A stretch of DNA of 63,850 nt, filler included, from Octopus bimaculoides (GCF_001194135.2; 8 parts of 7 records of this genome joined end to end with filler, not necessarily neighbours in it), one strand, 5' to 3'. Positions 28,187 through 40,229 are shown, counted from the whole stretch's first letter. Translations and numbers: made by a program. Notes: a model not told the origin generated them from the letters alone.

Positions 28187-31100
28187 ATATATATATATAT
28201 ATACATATATTTATACGAAATGATCATTTCCATTTTCAGTTCGAAAATCGGAGACATCTCTTCCGAAAATATGTTAACACATAACACATAATGAGAGATA
28301 AGTACGAGACAAAATATCAAAATACGTCTAACCCGTTTTCAGATGTCGACTCCCTATTTCGAGCTTTCAACGACTATATGTATATAGTGAAATGGAGCAT
28401 TCAAAATTGAACGACGAGAGAGTCCAAGTCTAATAATAATATGTATGTAATGGAAAATAATCTATTTATATAAAAATTATAACAACTAGATCGATTACAG
28501 CATGAAACTCCTAGCAAAAATATCTTGCAATATAAACCAATATACAAGAGGAAATATAACAAACTAATGCCTACGTATTAAGTATTGCATTTTGCCTTTT
28601 GCTCATAAAAAGCTATAGAATGGCATAATGCTTAGATTAGTGTCGTCTCTTTCAAAGTTTGAAGTGTCTCAGATCGCTATTCATACCGACAGGTTTATTT
28701 AAATAAACGGGATCTGAGAGTTATTTATCTGGTATAATCTGCAGGCTGTGTACAGTATATAAGTTAAAATGTTGGATAACACATTCGTTGGTGGAACAGT
28801 TTGTATCTGAGGCATGCCAAGTTCGAGAGTTATATTTAAAAACGTTTTCATAGTTCTAATCATATCTCTTCAAAAATGAAGAAAATATACGTCACTGAGT
28901 TTACTTAATATTGATGTTACATATATAAAATCTAATAATTTTGAATTATCAAACTATAATACTCCCTGTCTTCCGAACATTCAGTCACTACAGTGAGGCT
29001 CATAAACACAATTAAAAAGAAAATTATATGAGAAAAACAACAATAATATGAATAATTAATGTGATTGTTTCGTAATTTTGAGTGGAAAAGGGGGTGCATG
29101 TTTCTGTGTTATTATAAGTCCGAAGCAAAGCCTAATCTTTTATATGTTTGCATCAGTATTAACGTGGTTATAACATAACACTTTTCCAAAATTTTACACT
29201 TAAAGCGGCAATGTAGCAGAATCGTTATTGTGGTGGGCAAAAGGCTTGGCGGCATTTTCTCCGTGTTACATTCTGTGTCCAAATTCCGCCAACGTCGCTT
29301 TTGATTTTTTATCCGTTATTGGTCGGTAAAATAAGTACTAGCTGGCACTAGTGATGATGTAATCGACTTGCTTCTCTCAAGATTGTCGACCTTGTGCCAG
29401 AATTTTAGACTAATATTTTACTCTTTTCTCACGAGGAGTATCATTCAAATTGTCATACGCTTTTTAGTGCAGTAATCTTGTGATTAAACATAAGGTCATT
29501 TAATTAGACTTTCAAACTGACATTTCTATTAACATTTCGTATGGTTAATATAAATGCAATACTTATTATACTTTCTCCTAGATGAAGAGCGGGGTGCAAA
29601 ATTAGGGAAGGAAACTACAGGAATATCATTTTGGTAGCGGTCTGGTATTTGTCATATTCCCTAACATTGCGGTAACGATAAGTAATCAATGAGGAGATTC
29701 GATATTAGCTCAATGTCTGTTTACCTATTCATATAAATGTAACACTATTATTGCTGATTATGTTATTGCTATATCATCTATTTTGCTTAGCACTCGTAAA
29801 ACTGAAATGAATTATATTGAATGGTATTCAATTGATTCGACTGTTATATCTAGCAGTTCAAACGACCATGTCGAGGTTGCGGAATTAGCTGTTATTAATC
29901 TAAGCTCATTGAATAATGATTATATTACTATTACAATTAACAATTTTAATTATCACCAGAAACAGAAAGAAACGGAACGAATGATAAAGCGATTCAATGT
30001 ATTGATTCTTTGAGAACAAAGTGGTGTCAAATTCTGTTGATTGAAATGACATGCTGATTGAATTAACTGCAGTATTGCTAACTGGAAGCAGTATACTTTA
30101 ACATTATTCATATAATACTCTAAGAGTTCCTGAATGAAAGAAATCACGCAAAGCGCTCAAATAAATGCACGACGTATATAATCAAAAATTAAAAATGATA
30201 TATAATATATTGTCTACAAAATTAATTTATAATTTTGTCGCGGTAAGAATTTTCGAGAGAATAATGTCCAAAATTAATATGACTAAAATATATTAGCGAG
30301 ATATAATAAAATTAATATATAATGGGAAGAACAATTGAATAATATTTTAACAAAGTACAAAACTCATTTACTTTGATTAATAATTGATAGTAGTTTAGCC
30401 AATCAAAAACTACCACGAACGTTTAATGAGTTTTCTTATACGAGTTTAAAGCTAGTAATGAAATCATTCAAAATGTTAACGTATGCATCACATACAATTA
30501 GAGGGCTGAAGTTGCACACACATGCACACATGTGCACACATAAGCAGTTATACACACATATTAATTACTATTTTATTACACAAACAAGTACACATATCAC
30601 TTATAGTAATACATATATATACAAACACATACATGAATACATACATACATATATGAAGAGGCAAATCTGTATTGTGTCGATATTTACACGTGTGTCATCT
30701 TTATTAAATAAGTTCCTTTTACCGTTTTCCACTTCATCGTAATTTTAAGCGTTATAAAATGTGAGAAAAAAATTCCAAAAATACATTGAACAAATTGAAA
30801 TAATTGTTACATTTTAGAAGAAAAGGTGAAATATGTGAGTTAAAGACGAATAAAAATAATAAAGTGTAATACAGAAAATAATTATCAATTTATTACTCTT
30901 CTTTTACAAGAATATATAAATGCCATTTTTTAATACCTATTATTTGATTTTCTCATCTTTATGACTTTCACTGCAACATTTTCTTTCCTAATTCATAGGC
31001 ATGTTGTCCTCAATCTTTCCTCTCCTTCTCTCTCTCACTCTACACACACACACATACACACATATGCGCGAGCGCGTTATTTCATTTATATAACTCAGAA

Positions 31101-31834
31101 TGAATTTCTATATGTGTAACGTATTTAATAATACTGCTTAATGCATGTGTGTGAGTATCAGTAGTCGGTTCGAGCGCCAGCACAAGTGCCTATGTGTGTG
31201 TTTGTGTGTGTAAGTGTATGTGCCTCTCTGTGTGTATATGTGTGTGTGTCTGCGTCTGTGCACATGTGTGTGATATATGTGTGTGTGTGTTGTTCGGTTA
31301 CTGCTAAATGATTTCACCGAGCTGAACGATGCGCTGCCAAACGGCAGAAGGGTTGTAGAATAACGATTCATTCGCAACGCAGTCTCTGTTGTATCGCACG
31401 TCTTTACGCGGTACTTTGCAGGGCTGCAGCAGAAGGCTGCGGACCTTCCGGCGCCGTTGCTCCGGAACGTCGCAATCCCAGGCGGCGTGTATGTAATTGT
31501 TGCTAAGTTTATTACAATTCAGAAATCAATTTCTTTTGATGGCAAGCTTTCTTTTTGTCTTCCCATGGATGATGCTGTAATTCGCCGTTGAAGTATTAAG
31601 TCGTTGGCCTACACAAAATATAATTACTTCATTGATTAATTATATTTACATAAATTATCATTGTCACTTATTAAAATGTTAAAATTAATTGGTAGGCTAA
31701 TGCCTAAAACAACAACGTATCGTTAGTTATGTAGAATTAAAATCTGAGTTTAAATCCAGATTAGCTGCGATTTTATATTCTTGATGATATACTTAAAAAT
31801 TACCAGATATATACCTACATCTGCGAATCCATTC

Positions 31835-31844
31835 TTCTCTTCTT

Positions 31845-31915
<71 letters not shown>

Positions 31916-32014
31916 CATCATCATCATCATCAGCATCATCATCATCGTCATCATCATCATCAGTATTATTATTATTATTTTTATTATTATTATTATTATT
32001 ACTATTATTATTAC

Positions 32015-32068
<54 letters not shown>

Positions 32069-32106
32069 CATCATCATCATCATCATTATCATCATTATTA
32101 TTATTA

Positions 32107-32175
<69 letters not shown>

Positions 32176-32183
32176 TTATTATT
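31835..32183 (+). repeat. Compound trinucleotide microsatellite (TTC)n(TAT)n(CAT)n
   Basis: Direct inspection. Similar tracts at 618-720, 4150-4560, 11260-12110, 32395-32500, 32820-32910, 62655-62705, 62960-63130 and 63695-63825, plus many (TA)n, (CA)n and (CT)n runs. Confidence 0.95.
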
Positions 32184-32395
32184 AAAGCGGCGAGGTTGCA
32201 GAATCTTTAACATGCTGGACGAATTGCTTAGTGGTATATCGCCCGTCTCTGTGTTCTGAGTTTAAATTCCGTGGAGGTCGACTTCGCCTTTCATTCTTTC
32301 TGGGTCGATAAGCTAAGTACCAGTGAAACACTGGAGTCGATGAAATCGACTTTTCCCCTCCCGCAAAATTACTGCTCTTGTGAAAAATTTGAAAC
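32184..32395 (+). mobile_element. SINE family 2
   Basis: Homolog of the 12654 copy. Others at 18971-19185, 29202-29409, 46433-46650 and 59678-59890; partial copies at 2657-2747, 63578-63693 and 52290-52361 (-). Confidence 0.8.
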
Positions 32396-32396
32396 A

Positions 32397-32427
<31 letters not shown>

Positions 32428-32852
32428 TTATTGTCATTATCATTAGCATCATCATCATCATCATGATCATCATCATCATCATCATCATTATTATTATTAT
32501 TAATGTTATATTCACATTGTAGTTATTACCATTATAGTCATCATCAGAAATCATTAAGAACAAACCAACGATAACCAATTTCGGTGACACGCTAATTCGT
32601 ATCTTTAACCTCTTCAACATCAATAATGCTGATATTATTATCATCAGCGCCATTTTTCTTTTAATATTTTACAAATTATCATTGTGTTGTAGTGTTGGTA
32701 TTATTTTTGTTATTAACATCATTATTATTATTATTATTGTTGTTGTTGTACTATGGCTTTTAATTTGTTCTTCATCTCTTTTATCACATTCAATGTTCTT
32801 ATACTGCAGTAGGTATTATCATCATTATTATTATTATCATTATTATTATTAT

Positions 32853-32907
<55 letters not shown>

Positions 32908-33507
32908 TGCTGCTGCTGTTGTAACAATATTAGTGTTACATCGATTTGTATTCCTTTCAATTCCAATCCTATCACAAGCAGTAGTCACAAAATATTTTAT
33001 TAATGTACCTAATTAATTACAAGGACGAAAATTCAATGAGGAACCTAGCCGTTATTCACATCGACAAAATAATTCAGTTATTTGCAGTAGAGTAAATCAA
33101 TTCGAACAATTAATTTCGAAATTGGATTAATTATGATCAATTAGTTTTCCCAAATATTAAAATAATTACATTAGGAAATATAGACTCTCAAGTTCCGATC
33201 GCTGAAAGCAACGCATCCTTTTCCTGTCGAATAAATCAATAATATTTTCGTGTCATAAATACTCTACGCGAAATGCTTTGTGATTCACAGCTCTCCTCAT
33301 ATGAAGCAGGGGAGGAGAAAGAAAAATATATAAAAGGAAGGTATGGGTGCATATATATAATTATTTTCTTCGCAATAAAATGAGAATTGATTTTTATGCA
33401 TACTAAATTATCGCATATATAAAAATACATATATATTTATACACTGCATACGCATGCATATACACACATGCATATACGTAAAGAAATACGTAATATATAC
33501 ATGTATG

Positions 33508-33538
<31 letters not shown>

Positions 33539-33638
33539 NNNNNNNNNNNNNNNNNNNNNNNNNNNNNNNNNNNNNNNNNNNNTTAATTAATTAANNNNNN
33601 NNNNNNNNNNNNNNNNNNNNNNNNNNNNNNNNNNNNNN
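33539..33638. other. Synthetic scaffold-join spacer
   Basis: 44 N + TTAATTAATTAA (33583-33594) + 44 N. Confidence 0.95.
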
Positions 33639-33744
33639 ATATATATATATATATATATATATTTAAATATATATATATAAATATATATATATTTAAATAC
33701 ATATATGTATATATATATATTTAAATATATACATTTATATATAT

Positions 33745-33945
33745 ATAATTAATTTTAAAAAATGGAGAAAAAAGACGATAAACAACAATACGAGGACGTG
33801 GTACATGCAAAATATTAATAAGACACTCAGGGAAGGAAAGAAATGGTGTTTTATGTTTCGAGCAAAGCTCTTCTTCAGAAACAGGAGACAGAGAAAAACC
33901 CAAGAGTAAAAGAAGACAGAGGGAAAAAAATCGCCAACGATCCAC
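33745..33945 (-). mobile_element. Penelope-like-derived short repeat, subfamily B
   Basis: Reverse-complement homolog of 40441-40600. Confidence 0.6.
33848..33882 (-). ncRNA. Minimal type I hammerhead ribozyme motif, intact core with helices I and II
   Basis: Minus strand reads GUUU-CUGAAGA-A-GAGC-UUU-GCUC-GAAA-CAUA-AAAC; helix I GUUU/AAAC, helix II GAGC/GCUC. Confidence 0.6.
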
Positions 33946-34428
33946 ATTTAGCTACATTTTGGAATATATACATGTGTATATATAAATGAGCATGTATAAA
34001 GTATAAGTGTATGTATAAAATACTGTATATATAAGAGATAAGTTACAGCGTTTAGGCAGTACATTCTACTTTCATCTTAGCAAAATATTTAATCACAGAC
34101 AGTGCATAATTACTCAACAAACAGTTCTTAATTACTAATTAAATTTCATCAATTCATTTTCACCGAAGCCAGTCAGATAAGGGGGATAACTCTAAAGAAC
34201 AAACGTTGTAGTCCATTTGGAATGACAAACAAGAGGTAACTTGCATAGCATTAGTCATAGCTATGGATGTGTGTATGTATATGTAAATACATAGACACAG
34301 ACACACATATATATATGAATAAATGTAAGGAGGCAAACTAGGCAAGTCGATATACAAAAAATGTGCATATGTATTGGGTTGTGTAGAATTGTTGCGGATT
34401 TTTTCAACAAATTTTATTACATAAGGTC

Positions 34429-34820
34429 ATTGATGCAACTTGCGGCAGAAAAAGCTCCCGCATTGTCACAAGGTGCGGCAGAAAAACCTCCCTATTACAT
34501 AGGGGCATGGATTCAATGAGTAGCAGAAAGACCTCCCACATTGATGCCATGTGCCTCAGGAAAACCTCCCTCATTTATGGAAGGTGCGGCAGAAAATCTC
34601 CCTCATTGATGAAAGGTGCAACGAAAAACCTCCCACATTGATGGAAGGTGCGGCAGAAAAACCTCCAGGATTGATGCGAGGTGCGGCAGAACACCACCAC
34701 CTCCGCCATATTGATGCAAGGTGCGGCAGAAAAACCTCCCTATTACATAAGGTCATTGATGGAAGGTGAGGAAGAAAAACCTTCCACATTCATGAGAGGT
34801 GCGGTAGAAAAACCTCGCAC
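34429..34820 (+). repeat. Minisatellite of about 33 bp, 11 degenerate units
   Basis: Consensus approximately ATTGATGGAAGGTGCGGCAGAAAAACCTCCCAC; an accessory TATTACATA(A/G)GG module occurs at 34415, 34493 and 34741. Confidence 0.85.
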
Positions 34821-35670
34821 CTGCTGTACCCTTTCACCCCAACTTTCTCTCACTCTGTCTTCATGTTTCTGTTGTAATTTCAAAGGGGCCAGCCTTGTCA
34901 CACTGTGTCATGCTGAATCTCTCCGAAAATTACGTTAAGGCTACATGTGTCTGTGGGTACATGTTGATTTCACGAGCAGGCTGTTCCGTTGATTGGATCA
35001 ACTGGAACCCGCATCGTCGTAATCGACAGAGTGACACGTCAGTTTCCAATTATGACCATGTATTATTTAAGGAATCAGAAATTTTCGGTAATTTCAACAC
35101 TCTCTCTCTCTCTCTCTCTCAAGATCCTAAACTATTCTTAAAGTTTTATTGTAAAACAATAACCGTAAGCCTAATAATAGCCGAAATCCCAACTAACAAT
35201 ACAATTAGAAGAAAATAATGTAATGGATTATAAATTGTATTAAATTTTATCGAATACAACTAAAAACACAAAAAGAAGAAGAAAAAAAACCCCAATCGCA
35301 CCGGAATCTTTGTTAAAGTAGTCATATTTTGATTGTCACCGGTTGTAGATGTAAGGGAGGTAACTGTAAAACCTTAACAATGACGTTCCACATTTTTGAG
35401 GATTAAAGATTAAAGATAAAGAAGAAAGAAGACAACTTCAGGCAAGTGGCTTTACGAAGTTGCAACTAATATTTCTCTCTGTGGATTCTGTAAGTTTTGC
35501 CATCGACCAAGGCACATTTATACGTAAGTACACATGATACAACTTGTTTAATACACACCCACGCACATGTGCTGTGGCCCACACAACACATGGGTGTCCT
35601 AGTTTGAAATATTATTTTCAAACATTGATATCTATAACTGGTAAGACAGGAACCAGGAGTTATTCCATAA

Positions 35671-36522
35671 ATGGCAGCAAGTGTTCTCCGTTATTGGAAG
35701 GAATCTGCGACCCTTATCATTGTCAGGCGGCTCCAACCGAAACAATGTTACAAAGAGGTGGTCGCGGTGCCACCACCTCAAGAAAACACCCCACAACGGC
35801 CCGAGACGAATTACCAAGTGTTTATGGCAGAGAGGACCCCTCAGATGTCCAGCTTCCCAAAAGCTCACGTATTTCCAGGTGGAGCGGCCGAAGAGGCGGA
35901 TTTCTCTGCCCAGTGGTTGGATGTGTTGAGCATGGGTTCCCGTAAACCAGGTGAAGAGCAAACACCCGAAGGTCAAATGGTAAATTTATTTAAGAACAAT
36001 CGGAGAAAAAATGGTGTTGGTGATGATAAGTGTAGTAAGAATAACTCAGGGACCCCGATGTACCGGAGACCGAGGTTGCCAGAGTTTAGTGCAATACCCA
36101 GCGAAGTGGCCTTCCGTATCACAGCTATTAGAGAGATATTCGAAGAAATCGGTGTCTTGTTTGCACGAAAAGCTGAAGAAAATAAAACAGACGAAGACAA
36201 AAATGAATCTTTAATGCAAAACCACGACACAAGAAATGGACAACCATTAAGAAGGCGGTGTATACCGAAAATATGTCATCTTCCACTTGATTTGTCGGAA
36301 TTCTGGAGACAAAGTGTTGTGGAGGACCCAGAAAATTTGTTATCCATGTGTAAACAATTGAAGCTAGTTCCCGACATAACAGCTCTGTCCGAATGGGCCA
36401 ACTGGTTGACACCAACCCACTTCTCTGGTAAACGGTTTGACACAATGTTTTATATAACATTTCTTGATGAACACCAAAATCCAAACATACGCTTAGATGG
36501 CATGGAATACGTCGACTACAAG
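35671..36522 (+). CDS. NUDT19: NUDT19-like Nudix hydrolase (acyl-CoA diphosphatase), coding exon 1 (284 codons)
   Basis: ATG at 35671. N-terminal YWKESATLII, then a split Nudix box (HVFPGG..EEAD, insertion, AFRITAIREIFEEIGV) and WANWLTP...RFDTMFY, all typical of the NUDT19 family. Ends ...GAC TAC AAG|GTTAGT, a phase-0 donor at 36523. Confidence 0.88.
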
Positions 36523-36536
36523 GTTAGTGGAAAATT

Positions 36537-36641
36537 CGGCACTGTCATGGTATTAGCTGTCAGAATTGAAAGTAGAACTGACAAGGAACGTTACTGCTGG
36601 TTTGAGTTGATTCTTTGGCTACTGACAGCTAATATCATGAC
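36537..36641. mobile_element. Same MITE with inverted interior and truncated right TIR
   Basis: Left TIR 36537-36563; interior 36564-36621 is the reverse complement of 37093-37154 (one 4-nt indel, one substitution); right TIR only 20 bp with 1 mismatch. Confidence 0.7.
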
Positions 36642-36691
36642 TGGCCGGAGCTATCTATCTATCTGTCTGTCTATCTCACTATCTCTCTCTA

Positions 36692-36727
<36 letters not shown>

Positions 36728-36968
36728 ACTCGTTCACCTCTGTTTGTGTCCGTAGAATTTATCAAATTAGAAAACGCAAATTTAATATAAAAATATATTT
36801 TCTGAAATTGCAAATTATTTAAAATATAAAAATATAATTTTCAACAGAGAGAATTTATCAAAATAGAAAACAAATGAAGTTTGAAGTTTNNNNNNNNNNN
36901 NNNNNNNNNNNNNNNNNNNNNNNNNNNNNNNNNNNNNNNNNNNNNNNNNNNNNNNNNNNNNNNNNNNN

Positions 36969-37051
36969 ACACAATGTTTTATATAACATTTCTTGATGAA
37001 CACCAAAATCCAAACATACGCTTAGATGGCATGGAATACGTCGACTACAAG
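36969..37051 (+). other. Second copy of the 3' end of NUDT19 exon 1 (with donor site), restarting after an N gap
   Basis: Sequence matches about 36440-36522 and is followed by the same GTTAGTGGAAAATT. Probably assembly or haplotype redundancy. Confidence 0.8.
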
Positions 37052-37065
37052 GTTAGTGGAAAATT

Positions 37066-37181
37066 CGGCACTGTCATGGTATTAGCTGTCAGTAGCCAAA
37101 GAATCAACTCAAACCAGCAGTAACGTTCCTTGTCAGATTTTTCTACTTTCACTTCTGACAGCTAATACCATGACAGTGCCG
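37066..37181. mobile_element. 116-bp MITE-like hairpin element
   Basis: Perfect 27-bp TIRs CGGCACTGTCATGGTATTAGCTGTCAG (37066-37092 and 37155-37181), flanked by the direct repeat AAAATT (37060-37065 and 37182-37187). Confidence 0.75.
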
Positions 37182-38677
37182 AAAATTCTTTTATAATGGT
37201 GATTGTTTGTTCATAGAAATATAAAAAAAAAAAAATAATAATGCGGTCGCGTGTATGTAAGATGTCCGTTGGAGGTTGCCTTTAAAATCTTGGACTGTTT
37301 GCTTTCGTTGACTGATATTTCAAAGTCACTGTTCCTCCTCTTCTCTCAAAAATTTAGTAAACATATTATTCTACCGAAAAATATTTAATTCTTCAGTTTA
37401 ATATTGGATTGTTCTCATTGTAACTTGACATAAAGACAAACAATGTGTGTGTGTGTATGAGGATACAATTTCGCTTGTTCAATCAGCTGAATAATTTGCT
37501 CTTGGAATTGGTGTATAGGTGGTCGAGTATTCCCCAGACACGTGTACCCTTAACGTAATTCTCAGGTAAGGACCAGCGTGACTGCTTTGTTATGCAACAG
37601 ATTGCCCTCATTTCATTTCTTTTCAACCTTTGCACTTCAGGGCCCACCTCTCACCACCCATGCAACATTGCACTTTGTACTCATGCATCTTAATCTCTAT
37701 TCTTCACCCAGAGAAATTATCTTATTGTCAGTCAAGGTAATAACTCCCTAAACTTATTCAGCCCTTTTCTAATCCTGGGCCAACTACACTTACTATTTTG
37801 ACACCCTCCACAGCTGTTGATTAAATCACTTACAGAAAAGAGAATGGCTGCCTGAGCATTGCTACAAAATCACTTCACTTTGATGGTGTTGCAATGGTTC
37901 ACTACTCCACAGGTAAAATACTTATTCATCGTCAGCTTGCCTTGAAATCCTCTACAACTCTTGTGCCTCATTAGATGCACCAGGTTACACTGTATCAAGT
38001 TTCTACTAAATCCTGTTCTGCATAATGACCGATCCATTTCTCTGATGTTTATCAGACTTCTGTCTTCTCTTCTACTTTCTTCTCTAAGTCAACAACACTG
38101 TAATTCTAGATTTTGGAATTTTTTTTCTCTAAACCTTCCACAGTCTCTGCTATAAATACTATGTCATCAGTATAGATGAGCTCCCATGGACAGTCAATCT
38201 GAAACTACTACAAGTTGTTAAAGATGTGTTAAAGAATTTTCTTTGTCTTCTTCTTATCATTTGATATATATATATATATATAAGTGGTTCGTCTGTTTTC
38301 CTATGTGTTCATTCTGTTGTCTGTAAAAAAAAGTCCATTTTTGTGCTTTATGTTCCCTTCCTTTTCTGACGTCCTGTACCCGGATATGCATCTATATATA
38401 CATGTAGATGTAGGTATGTACATATATGTATATATACATGCATATGCTCATATATCATTTGTATTATNNNNNNNNNNNNNNNNNNNNNNNNNNNNNNNNN
38501 NNNNNNNNNNNNNNNNNNNNNNNNNNNNNNNNNNNNNNNNNNNNNNNNNNNNNNNNNNNNNNNNNNNNNNNNNNNNNNNNNNTATATATACATGTAGATG
38601 TAGGTTTGTACATATATGTATATATACATGCATATGCTTATATATCATTTGTATTATATATATATATATATATATAT

Positions 38678-40090
38678 ATATCAAGGGCAAGTAAGTATGT
38701 ATACAAGTCACTAACTAGAAAAAGATGCCAATGTCTAAAATCTACCTGATGTTATCACTCTAGTGAGCAGCAAGCAAGTCGTAAAAGGTGGTAAATATGA
38801 CGTAATTGTCATGATTGGTTAAAATTACTGCCCATATTTGAATTCGAAACTTTTGTCAAAGAGAATTCTTTCTTGAAATACAGTTCTTAGAATTCGGGTA
38901 TGAGCAGTTTTAAAAACCCTGATTTTTGGGAAATTAATCAGTTGGTTGTTACTAAGCTCCACAACACTCACAATAGTGATCTTTGGTTATCATTAGACTT
39001 CACGACACTTATACTAGTATTCGTTGGTTGTAACTCTCTACGACAAATTGCCTTACTTCTAAATGTACTGTAAATATTAAATATACATAAATATTTTCTT
39101 TTTCTTCACTTCTCTCCAACCTTTTAATGAAATTTATTTCTGCAATTATGAAACTGTTTTTATAGCAATAAAAAAGAACACGAACTTACCTTCAACATAC
39201 ATGCACATTCAAGCGTGTTGATATATATATTTTACACTACAGCATTTGTGTAGCTTGAATGGAGATTTATGTATAGTGATAACACTTATAATTAAGTTAT
39301 AAGTGACGGGTTTATCAATATAGATTCTTAAGAAATAAAATATATTTATTATCTATCTCAGTAGAAACCATATAAATAAGATAATACACCGCATTATAAA
39401 AGCGGTACCCAGTCAGCTGTTATATCACCATAAAGTATAAACACACACTGTACATGTGTAAATAAACGAAACAGATTCATGAAACGGTTCAGTTGATCAA
39501 GTGATTTCAAGATTAAGGGCCAATCCCTTTTTCTATCACCAGTGTGATAGAATAACCCAATCAATGCATGTCAATACGAACAAAATACATACCCATGAGA
39601 CAGAATGGCTCCACAGTGCAAACACANNNNNNNNNNNNNNNNNNNNNNNNNNNACTTATATACAGAATAAAAATTCAAAAATCTCATTTCATTTATTTTG
39701 ATCACATGTTAATAATATTTGGTTAATAATATTTGGTTATTAACAGGTGATCAAAATAAATGAAATGAGATTTTTGAATTTTTATTCTGTATATAAGTAC
39801 AAACGGTGTGTTTGCACTGTGGAGCCATTCTGTCTCATGGGTATGTATTTTGTTTGTATTGATATGCATTGATTGGGTTATATTACATTGATGATAGAAA
39901 AAGGGATTGGCCCTTAATCTTGAAATCAATTGATATGCAAATGAACCGTTTCATGAATCTGTTTCGTTGATTTGCATGTGTATAGTGTGTGTTTATACTT
40001 TATGGTGATATCTTAAGGTAGATTTTAGACATTGGCATCTTTTTCTAACATGTTGGTGACTTGTGTATGCACTCTCTTCCCCTTGATAGA
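38678..40090. repeat. Long imperfect inverted duplication (foldback) in NUDT19 intron 1
   Basis: Inner arms 39422-39715 and 39737-40011 around a 21-nt spacer; outer arms about 38678-38747 and 40016-40090; the left side is interrupted by about 675 bp of unrelated sequence. Confidence 0.85.
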
Positions 40091-40229
40091 TATTTATAAA
40101 TTGATTAAGTTAACCTTAACTGGTTGATTGCATGCTAACTACCTGATAAAATCTAATATAGATTTTATCCTTAATTTTAATATTTATATATATAATGCAT
40201 ATCATCTTTTTTTTTATGTTCCTGTCCAG

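Noticed and set aside
250-33000. Poly-V/I/H/T/Y/S ORFs
   Set aside because: Translations of di- and trinucleotide microsatellites, with no splice or domain support.
34429-34820. Possible CRISPR array (33-bp repeats)
   Set aside because: Units are head-to-tail and degenerate with no unique spacers, there are no cas genes, and the context is eukaryotic.
35632-36484. Minus-strand ORFs overlapping NUDT19 exon 1
   Set aside because: Antisense shadows with no recognisable domain.
36523-36822. C-terminal 99 aa of the 383-aa ORF 35671..36822
   Set aside because: Read-through past the GTTAGT donor into MITE and (CTAT)n sequence; family similarity resumes only at exon 2 (40230).
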